From: Candidatus Woesearchaeota archaeon
Lineage (GTDB): Archaea > Nanobdellota > Nanobdellia > Woesearchaeales > UBA10216
Length of the DNA: 57,337 nt
NCBI GenBank assembly: GCA_016188155.1
Contig: JACPIH010000011.1
Span: 1-57,337, forward strand
Reading direction: 5' to 3'
Made by a program: the position numbers and the translations under genes. Positions 8,330 through 17,200 of the stretch are shown piece by piece. Under the pieces are notes generated by a model. The model was not told the DNA's origin and made no database searches. It saw only the letters and a list, made by a program, of their open reading frames with translations. Position 1 is the first letter of the stretch. Every line of letters starts with the position of its first letter.

Positions 8330-8450
8330 ATGGACAAAGGCCCGTTGACATGGCTGTGTTACCGCGGCCCTCCGTAAAGGAGGAGGGTAAGGCAGCCGTG
8401 TCCGTGCCGTCCAAACGACCCTTTTCAAAAAAGGGTAAGACGGATTGTTT
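8330..8450. other. Hairpin cluster between TA modules
   Basis: GACATGGCTG...CAGCCGTGTC enclosing CCCTCC-GTAAAGGA-GGAGGG, followed by ACCCTTTT-CAA-AAAAGGGT. Confidence 0.4.
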
Positions 8451-8453
8451 GAG

Positions 8454-8813
8454 TTACCGCTTCGGAAATAGTCGGAAGCCTGTTTCCGAGAGAACGAACA
8501 GCTTGCCTTCAAACTCGTTAACAGAGCTGAGCAGGCTGAGCAGCGCGTCAAGCACAGCTTTTACTAGCGGTGGACTTATCCTTACGAACAGTATGCCTGT
8601 GTATTCTACCGGAGGGAACAGCAGCGTGTTGGCGAAGTGCCTGTCAAATGTCACCAGCACCCTTCCTTCTGACTTAGCAAGTTTAGCAACGTCCTCGTCC
8701 AATGAGCGTGGAATTGGCATCTTTACGTCAAAGCCTTCCAGCGCAAGAGATTCTTTGACTTTAGCAGGGACGTTCTCGTCACACAGAAGCTTTGGCTTTG
8801 GAGAAAGTGACAT
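8454..8813 (-). CDS. DUF5615-like PIN protein (Mut7-C/VapC45-like toxin)
   Basis: KLLCDENVP, DEDVAKLAKSEGRVLVTFDRHF and GILFVR motifs. Coupled to a DUF433 gene. Confidence 0.85.
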   Translation of the reverse strand: MSLSPKPKLLCDENVPAKVKESLALEGFDVKMPIPRSLDEDVAKLAKSEGRVLVTFDRHFANTLLFPPVEYTGILFVRISPPLVKAVLDALLSLLSSVNEFEGKLFVLSETGFRLFPKR

Positions 8814-9042
8814 GCCTTTCCTCTTGTATCAGCTGCGAGGCGTAGCTGATGGCGGCGCTGATGGCTTCCTTGCTGAGCTGGGGGAAGTAGTCCCTAAGAA
8901 TCTCCTCCGCATTCACGCCAGTTCCGAGAAGCTCCAAAACTTGCCACACCATGATTCTCGTGCCTTTGAAAGTGGGCTGGCCGTGGCAGATTTCTTGGTC
9001 AGCAACTATGTGCTCATTAATTTCAACAGCTTTGGTTTTCAT
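8779..9042 (-). CDS. DUF433 family antitoxin
   Basis: IVADQEICHGQPTFKGTRIMVWQVLELL...YFPQLSKEAI..AISYA. ATG 9042 lies about 23 nt below the TATA at 9065-9072. Confidence 0.9.
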   Translation of the reverse strand: MKTKAVEINEHIVADQEICHGQPTFKGTRIMVWQVLELLGTGVNAEEILRDYFPQLSKEAISAAISYASQLIQEERHVTFSKAKASV

Positions 9043-9064
9043 ACAGCGAATATTGGTTCCAGCA

Positions 9065-9299
9065 TATTTAAACCTTTCGCAGGCGGAGGTGTCAGGCAAT
9101 TAGCGGCTTAGCTTTGGGCAAAAAGGGCAAGCTATACGTCAAGTTCGTATTAGCCGCAGCCATCCTAGCTGCCGCCCTCTTCGCCTACTCCGTCTTTGCC
9201 GCAGTTCCAGCCGCAACCCCAGCAATAGTCAACACCAACGCAACCACAGTCAACAGCGTGCAGATAGCCAACGCCTCACTTGAAGGTGATGCTGCATGA
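9065..9299 (+). repeat. Leader repeat copy 1 (minus-strand promoter + SD + truncated signal-peptide ORF 9099/9114-9299)
   Basis: 41 bp (9065-9105) are identical to 10864-10904. Encodes GKKGKLYVKFVLAAAILAAALFAYSVFAAVPAATPAIVNTNATTVNSVQIANAS, then LEGDAA*. Confidence 0.9.
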
Positions 9300-9808
9300 T
9301 GAGGGTGCTTTTGGATACTAACGTGTATGCTAAACTTGTGTTGGATGAAGAGGTTCAGATGGAACTGCTTGGGAGGATACCATCGCAAATTATGGTTTAT
9401 GGAAGCGAAGTGAACAGGCATGAGTTGCGTGACTTGCCCAAAGGGTTACAGCTCTATGACAGGAATGAGCGGATACTGCTTCTGCGCGTTTATGATTTGC
9501 TCACGCAGAAGGAAAAGCGCACCTACAGAACAACTCCTTTCGTGGAGATGCTAGCCCTCAAATATTTTGAAGAATATGTTCGCCTGAAAGGGAACAAGGG
9601 ATATGAGGAGTTAAGGAAGGACTTCGTGATAGTCGCAACTGCGTCGCTTCATAACCTCGACATAATCGTTTCGGAAGATAAGAAGACCATGTTTAGCGCG
9701 GAAGCACGAAAGGCGTATGAAGCAGTTAACCAAAACAATCAGATAAGGACTCCGCAGATGATAGGCTATGCTGAGTTTAAGCAAATGCTGAGGAGGATTG
9801 CGCCATGA
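9296..9808 (+). CDS. PIN-domain toxin 1, coupled to leader copy 1 by an ATGA overlap
   Basis: VLLDTNVY, ELR, KDFVIVATA and VSEDKKTM motifs. SD AGGTGA upstream. Confidence 0.85.
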   Translation: MMRVLLDTNVYAKLVLDEEVQMELLGRIPSQIMVYGSEVNRHELRDLPKGLQLYDRNERILLLRVYDLLTQKEKRTYRTTPFVEMLALKYFEEYVRLKGNKGYEELRKDFVIVATASLHNLDIIVSEDKKTMFSAEARKAYEAVNQNNQIRTPQMIGYAEFKQMLRRIAP

Positions 9809-9819
9809 AGAGGAGTGTG

Positions 9820-9957
9820 TTATGTGGTGTGGTAGCGAATAAAGTCCTTAATTGCCTTGACGAACTCAGGGTCTTTCAGGGCTTCATGTATCTGGCTCTG
9901 CAGTACTTTCCACTCCTTGCTTTCAGACAAAGGCCTTACAGTTACGGATTTTTGCAT
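9820..9957 (-). CDS. 45-aa protein convergent with PIN toxin 1 (candidate antitoxin), not in the ORF track
   Basis: MQKSVTVRPLSESKEWKVLQSQIHEALKDPEFVKAIKDFIRYHTT. Has its own BRE/TATA (minus strand GGAAATGTTTATAAATA, 9987-10003). Paralog at 10719-10841. Confidence 0.75.
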   Translation of the reverse strand: MQKSVTVRPLSESKEWKVLQSQIHEALKDPEFVKAIKDFIRYHTT

Positions 9958-10026
9958 TTTGCTTCAACACGCATCAACGCAAGTCATATTTATAAACATT
10001 TCCATCAAAAACCATTCGGGAGTAAA

Positions 10027-10244
10027 GGGGTGTCTGGGAAATTATCAGCAGCTTGATTAGCTCCAAAAAGGGTAAAATATACGTTAGATTCATGTTAGCG
10101 TTAGCCGTAGTAGCCGCCGCCATCTACGCCTACTCCGCCTTCGCAGCCGTTCCCTCATCCACTCCCTCCATCGTGAACACCAACGGCACTACAATAAACG
10201 GCGTCCCCATCACGAACGCATCTCCCGAAGGTGATGTTGCATGA
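10027..10244 (+). repeat. Leader repeat copy 2 (truncated signal-peptide ORF 10041/10053-10244)
   Basis: Encodes SSKKGKIYVRFMLALAVVAAAIYAYSAFAAVPSSTPSIVNTNGTTINGVPITNAS, then PEGDVA*. 46 bp (10123-10168) are identical to 10977-11022. Confidence 0.9.
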
Positions 10245-10738
10245 GGAGGGTGCTGCTTGATACGAATGTTTACGGCGAAATAGCCATAGACCCTGCTGTA
10301 GCCAGAATCAGGGAACGATTTGTTGGCTCTCAAAAATTTGTTTTTTATGGGAATGAGATAATAAGAAAAGAGTTAAGAGATACTCCGAAGGCTAAAAGGT
10401 TTGGTGACAGCAACCTGAGGATAATCCTTTTATCGTTATACGATGATGTTACAAAGGACCACATTTTGGAAGTTAATTCCGAAGTAATGGAATTGGCGGA
10501 GAACTTCTACGAGGCGTATAAAGAGGTAGGAGGGTTAAAGCCAAAATCAGAGATAATTTCTGACTTTTTGATAGTTTCTGCCGCAGCGGTGCATAACTTA
10601 GATGTGGTTGTGTCAAGCGATGAGAAAACCATGCTCACGGAGAATGCCCTTAAAGCCTATCGCCTCATAACAGCTGTCAAGAAGAAGAAGATGCCTGACA
10701 TGATTCTATACGACAAATTCAGGAGGTGGTTTGTCTGA
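10241..10738 (+). CDS. PIN-domain toxin 2, coupled to leader copy 2 by an ATGA overlap
   Basis: VLLDTNVY, KELRD, SDFLIVSAA and VSSDEKTM motifs. Diverged paralog of 9296-9808. Confidence 0.85.
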   Translation: MRRVLLDTNVYGEIAIDPAVARIRERFVGSQKFVFYGNEIIRKELRDTPKAKRFGDSNLRIILLSLYDDVTKDHILEVNSEVMELAENFYEAYKEVGGLKPKSEIISDFLIVSAAAVHNLDVVVSSDEKTMLTENALKAYRLITAVKKKKMPDMILYDKFRRWFV

Positions 10739-10841
10739 TGAACTCCCTGACTGCTCTGATGAACTCAGGGTCCTTTTGTAATTCCTCTAACTGCTTCCAA
10801 ACGTCCTCGCTTTTAGCCTCCATAACGCTAACTTGTTTCAT
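10719..10841 (-). CDS. 40-aa protein convergent with PIN toxin 2 (candidate antitoxin), not in the ORF track
   Basis: MKQVSVMEAKSEDVWKQLEELQKDPEFIRAVREFIRQTTS. Promoter GCGAAAGGTTTAAATA on the minus strand at 10864-10879. Confidence 0.75.
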   Translation of the reverse strand: MKQVSVMEAKSEDVWKQLEELQKDPEFIRAVREFIRQTTS

Positions 10842-10897
10842 AAGCCGTGTTTACTCATTTCCGTATTTAAACCTTTCGCAGGCGGAGGTGTCAGGCA

Positions 10898-11251
10898 ATT
10901 AGCGTCTTAGCTTTTGGCAAACAGGGCAGGATTTACCTCAGGTTCGTCATAGCCGCAGCGTTCCTCCTCGCATTAGTCTACGCCTACTCCGCCTTCGCAG
11001 CCGTTCCCTCATCCACTCCCTCAATTGTCAACACCAACGGCACTACAATCAGCAGCGTCCAGATTGCCAACGCCTCAATCGCCAGGGCCTCAGACCAGTT
11101 GTGCGGCTCTTCCAACTTCACCAGCGAGAACGGCACCTTCGAAGAGAACTCAACGTTCAAGTGGTTCAAGCGCACCCTTTACCAGCCCCAAAACAAAAGC
11201 CTGGTTGGTTACTGGAAGCTGGATGGGAACGCGAATGACAGCAGACGTTAA
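10898..11251 (+). CDS. True N-terminus (signal peptide, leader copy 3) of the giant LamG protein, ending at a frameshift
   Basis: Frame reads ISVLAFGKQGRIYLRFVIAAAFLLALVYAYSAFAAVPSSTPSIVNT...FEENSTFKWFKR...LVGYWKLDGNANDSRR*. The last part matches the internal repeat FEANSTFKWYKR..LVGYWKLDGNAND. The only SD-spaced start candidate is ATT 10898. Confidence 0.8.
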   Translation: MSVLAFGKQGRIYLRFVIAAAFLLALVYAYSAFAAVPSSTPSIVNTNGTTISSVQIANASIARASDQLCGSSNFTSENGTFEENSTFKWFKRTLYQPQNKSLVGYWKLDGNANDSRR

Positions 11252-14200
11252 CATCAGCAACAGCACAAGCCTGGATATTTATAACCAGATTACGGTTGAG
11301 GCCTGGATTAATCCGGCGTCGCTTCAGAGTGATAGGTTCATCATAACAAAGGGCAGCACAGGTAATAAGGGATGGATTCTTTACGAGAACAACGCCGGGG
11401 CTTTAAGGGCGTGGGTTACTGCTTCAACAACTGCGAGTGCTGAGAAGGAAGACGTTTTAGCTTCAGGCGTGTGGCAGCACATCGCGTTCACTTATGACGG
11501 CTCAAACGTGAGGCTGTATGTCAACGGCACTGAACAGGCCAGTGCCGCACTTTCCGGGGCGATTAACTACAGCGGGTTTGGGCAGCTTGTTTTTGGGCAC
11601 TCCGAAAACGGTCCTACTGGTAGGATGTTCAACGGCTCCATTGACGAAGTCTCCATCTACAACTACGCCAAGAGCGCAGCAGAGATTAAGGCAGACTACG
11701 ACAACTCGCCTTACAAGGCCATGATTTACAAGGATGCGGTGGGGTATTGGCATTTGGATTCGGTGAATGGCTCTAACGTGACTCTGGACGCTACCGGTAA
11801 TGGGAATGATGGTTCACTGGCGTTCTTTAACCAGACCAATGCTACAACAGGAGGCATCATAGGCAACGCACTTGATTTTAGTGTTGCTCTTAGTGGGACT
11901 GTAAATTCAAGAGTCAGGTTTCCGCTTACCAAGGGCTTGGGTGGTGTTCCTGCTGCCGCTAACTTTTCGCTGTCTGCCTGGGTTAAGTGGACAGGCAAGG
12001 CGCAGCCTAACCAAAACATTGTGAGTGCCAATAACTGGAATAATGCCGACAGCTACGGCCTTCATTACAGCGTTTCTGGTGACGGGAAATTATATTCCTC
12101 AATAGGCCAACAGCACAATAACGGCACAGGCATCACCTTCACGCCCATAGTAGGCAGGTGGTACTTTATCGTTGGAACTGCTACCGCAACCCTGCAAAGC
12201 CTTTACATCGACGGCGAGCTGGTATCTAACACCACTGTTGGCAAGGTCGCTGTTGCTGTTACCTCAGTCATACCGCCAAGTATAGGCAGTGCCAGCACAT
12301 CCGGAGTCAACGGCACAGTTGACGAAGTCGGTATTTGGAACAAATCCCTCTCCGCTTCCGAAGTCAAGCAGCTTTACCTGAGAACGTGGTATGACCACTC
12401 CCCCCAGCAGTTCCTGCTCCACCCGAACTATCCTGACCAGCTTGACAACTCCACTCAGAACACGACTTTGCTGCTGCACTTTAATGAGGGAACAGGCACT
12501 ACAACCGCGGACAGCTCGCCTTACGGCAACGCTGGCACGATTTCCGGGGCGTTCTTCACAAACGACTCGATTTCTGGTTCGGCATTGAAATTTGACGGCG
12601 TTAACGACTACGTCCAGGTTAACTACGCCGCGATCTTGAACATCACAACCAACCTTACCATGTCCGGCTGGGTAAAATATTCTGCCCTGCCAAGCGGCCA
12701 AGGCGTCATTATGGGCACATGGGGCGGGGAGAATAATAACAAGTCGTACATGCTGCAAACGTACGGTACCGGGCAAGTTGGCTTTAGCGTGGACGGCGCT
12801 ACCGAAGCAAGCAGCGCAAGTAATGCAGTGCAGGTTGGCCAGTGGTTTTACATTGCTGGAGTTATTGCCGGTTCCAATTACACCCTTTTCCTTAACGGCA
12901 AACCAGTTGACTCAGGCGCATTCGCACCCCCAAACAGAGTCGGCTCAGAGAATTTTTACGTTGGAGGCGACGCTGGCAAGTGGGGCCTTGGAGATGTTGA
13001 AGGCGTCATTGACGAGGTCAAAATCGTCAACCGCTCACTTTCCGATGCAGAAATCGCTGCCGAGTACAGGAAGGGCTGCCCGTTCTGCAGCAGCGACAGC
13101 GAGTTGCCCACGACAACTTCGGGCGTTGTGTGGCAGCCTGGGAGGTTTGTGGAGAACCTGACTGTTGACAGCACAGTGGCTGCATACTGGCGGTTTGACG
13201 AAGTCACCGGCTCAACAGTTTACGACATCAGCGGCAACGGCAACACAGGCTACAACTTCACAGGCAGGTTTACTAATGACAGCGTTGGCGGGACTGCTGC
13301 GAACTTCACCACAGGCAAATACTTTAACGTGAGCAACAGCAACAGCCTGAACGTCAACGGCAGCCTGACGATAGCTGCGTGGGTGAAGATTGCTGAAAAT
13401 TCAACTCTCAAAAACATTGTTGAGAAGGGTGACAGTTCTACTGACAAGAGGCAATACGCGCTCGGCATTGTCAATGACAATCCCAGATTCAGGGTGGAAA
13501 GGAGCGCTGGCGCAGATTATGCGGGAATAGACTCAGCATACAACCTTACAGTTGGCAGGTGGTATTACATCGTTGGCAGGTATGACCAGGCTTCCAGAGA
13601 CTCAAGCATTTACATTGACGGCATAAACACGAGCGGCAAGAGAGCTACCGGTCATGCGGCAAATCTTACTCCGCCGTTTGACATAAACCTGCTCATAGGC
13701 GCAGGAACTAGCGAAACGCCCGCTTCGTTTATGAACGGCTCCATTGACGAGCTCATAATCTACAGCAAGGCGCTTTCGCAGCAGGAAATACTCACCAATT
13801 ACAAGAAAGCCGCCAAAGGGCTTGGTCTTTTGAGCAACGACTACATAAACTACTCAGCAAGCAGCAACTTCAATGAAAGAGAAGGCACGATAGAGTTTTG
13901 GGTGAAGCCGGAGTGGAACGGGAATGGTGAAAACAGACCTCACGTTTTTGTTACTGCTGAGAAAACTAATAATGATTTCTTAATATATAAAGAATCTACC
14001 AATGAACTGCAGATTTTTGTACAAGATACCATCTTTATGGAATACGACGTCAGTGGATGGACTTCAGGCAACTGGAAGCACGTTGCGTTTACTTGGAACA
14101 ACTACACTTCTAACATGACTTTGCATGTTGATGGCACTCAAATAAACAATTCAGGCACAGCATTTACCATTCCCGCCCAAAACTATTTGGCGTTAGGTGC

Positions 14201-17200
14201 ACAAAACATCGGAAGCACACCTGCCACTTTTTGCAACTGCACCCTGTCCGAGTTCCGCATCTCAAGGAAAGCCCTCTCTGCACAGGAAATCAACGAGAGC
14301 TTCAGCAAGTCTCGCCAGCTTTACAGCAACGAGTTCATGCTCAACAGGAGCAACTTTGCGAAGGGCGACAGCTTCAAGGTCGAGTACACTGCAATGGACA
14401 AGGATAACCAGACTGGCAGCCCTGTGAATAGCAGCTTCATAACCGTTGTTAACACTCCTCCTGTCGCTGTTAACCTTTCTCTGCCCGCTTCTGGCACCAC
14501 TGTGCTTGACTTTGTCAACATTACTTGGAATGCCACAACCGATGCCGATAACGACTCATTTACTTACGTTGTTCTGGTTAACGGCACTACGCAATGCAAC
14601 AATCCTAACTCGGTGCTTAACTGCACCTACACCCCTTCAGCCAACGGCTTCTACCTTTACAACATCACGGCCTTTGACGGCACAGAAAACAGCACGCCGA
14701 CCAACGGCAATTTCACCTTTACCAACCTTGCTCCTAACGTGACTTATTATCAGCCGACCCCTTCAGACGCTGCTGTCATAACTGCGAACACTTTTACAGT
14801 CAACGTTTCCATTAACGAAACAACAGTTGACAGTTGCAGGCTGGAGCTTTACAACTCGACCAATGCTTCAAGGCTTAACTATTCCATGAGCAGCACAAAA
14901 CTTGCAGTTGGAAGCCCCAACCGGTACTACTGCAACATCACCGTAAGCACTGACAACGGCGTCACTTACTATTACCGCGTTTTCGCCAACGACACGCCGA
15001 TAGGTGCAACAACCGCTACTGCTGTGCGAAGCGTCAGGGAGAACATGCCTGCAAACTTCTCGCCAGCAGGGCTTGGCTCTGCAAGGAACGTCAGCCTGAA
15101 CGTAAGTACAGTTAACCCGGCAACTGGTCAGCCGCAGAGCCTTATTCCCGGCACGACAACGCCTTCAACTTCCCTTTACAAGCTCAGCCAGCTCGTTGGC
15201 TTTGCAGAAAACTACTCAGACCAGGACAGGGACTTTGAGGCCAACAGCACGTTCAAGTGGTACAAGCGTACCGAAGCAGCGAGGAAGGGCCTGGTTGGCT
15301 ACTGGAAGCTGGACGGCAACGCGAATGACAACAGCGGGAAAGGCAATGATGGTAACGGCACCTTTGTGCTCGGCTCTGGGCGCATTGACGGCGCGCAGCA
15401 ATTCTCAACTACTGTTCCGGCAAGGATAATAAACATCAGCGGAGACCCTTACAACTTCGGCACTGGAGATTTCACAGTTGAGTTTTGGACCAAAGACGCA
15501 GCAAGTAATGGCGCTTGTCTTGTATCAAAGTGGGACAACCTTGTAAATAGCAATCCTGGCTGGTCTATTCAATATATGTCTTCTGGGGGAGCAATACGGG
15601 CTACAATTAACGCCAGTGGAGGGGGGGAATTTACCCAATTTACAAGTGACACGGCAAATGTTGGGGACGGCGCATGGCACCACGTTGCTGTTACATTTGA
15701 CAGGGATGGCAGCGTTGTAATTTACGTTGACGGGACAAGCAAGGGTTCCTCAGGCATATCAGGAGTTTCAGGAAGCGTCAATAATAATCTGCATCTCCGC
15801 TTCGGAGCTTGCCACCGAGGCGGTGCTGACTATAGTGGCTCAACAGAAGCGCTCATGGACGAAGTCTCCATCTACAACTACGCCAAGTCAGCTGCCGAGA
15901 TTAAGGCAGACTACGACAACTCGCCTTACAAGGCCATGATTTACAAGGACGCTGTGGGCTACTGGCACTTGGATGAGAATGGCGGCACCAGCGGGTATGC
16001 GGACAGTTCAGGGAGTGGGAATACTGGAGCACCAAGGAATGGCACAATTAACACTACAGGCAAGATTAACGGCGGCGTCACTTTTGGAAGTTTTGGCTAT
16101 GTCAACCTTTCGCCAATTACCTTGAACAACTTCACAGTGGTTGCATGGCTTAACCCGAACGGCACAAGTGGTGCAGTAGTGGATGCTGAGCTGTGCGGGA
16201 TTACGGACGATTGGGGCATTCACAGCGCCTCAGGCAAGGGCGGAACAGTCAGGTTCCAGTTCGGGGATAACTCGGCAAACAAAGACTTTTTCCTTAACTC
16301 AACAGGCGTTTTGTCCAATAACACATGGTCTCATCTTGCTGTTTCCAGGAACGGGACAACTATCAGTTTTTACATCAATGGCATTCTTGATAACACAGCT
16401 ACAGGACCGCACACGAAGGATTTGGGTGCTACAAGTCCTGAGTGTGACATATACGGCAGGGCAATAGGCATCGGCAACCAGCAACGCGCCGCAGGTCTTG
16501 GAACTAGCACCGCCTTTGGCGGCACCATTGACGAAGTCGGAATCTGGAACAAGACCCTCAACGCTTCCGAAGTCAAGCAGCTTTACCTCAGGACGTGGTA
16601 TGACCACTCGCCTCAGCAGTTCCTCCTCCATCCCAACTATCCCGAAGAAGTTGACAACAGCACGCAGAACACGACCTTGCTGCTGCACTTCAACGACGTT
16701 TCTCCCAGTAATCCCAACTTGACCGACAGCTCGCCTTACGGCAATAATGGCAACATAAGCGGGGCGTTCTTTACCAACGACTCTATCTCAGGGAGTGCTT
16801 TGAGCTTTGATGGGAGCACAAGTTATGTGAACATAACTACAGACCCTGATATTACAAGCGCTACGAATTATCTTACTGTTATGTTGTGGGTTAAGGCTAC
16901 TGTAAGGAATGCTCAGGAATATATGTTTGCCAGAAGCCCGGATGCCAACAATTACGCGCCAATTATCCTTAAGCAAGCTGATCAGACCATCTCAGCTGTG
17001 GTTGATAACGCTGGCACAAGAAGCGTACAGCTCGATTCAGTTACCAAACTGCAGGCTAACATATGGACGCATGTGGCATTTACGTTTGACTACCCCAACA
17101 GTAACGCGAGGCTGTATATAAATGGCAAACTTGAAAATTCTACTGTTCCTATAACAGCGATGACTTCCACAGCAGCACAGGCTTCACTTGGTATGTTGCG

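Noticed and set aside
7189-9111. 640-aa plus-strand ORF
   Set aside because: It is antisense to four recognisable TA genes, three of which share one frame with wobble positions aligned to it. It is Ser-rich and has no motifs, so it is a shadow ORF.
9805-10060. Plus-strand ORFs of 83 aa and 67 aa after PIN toxin 1
   Set aside because: The minus-strand 45-aa ORF is better supported, having a paralog and a promoter.
11025-11240. N-terminus of the 2542-aa ORF as given in the track
   Set aside because: It is off-frame. The signal peptide and repeat-matching sequence are in the 10898 frame.
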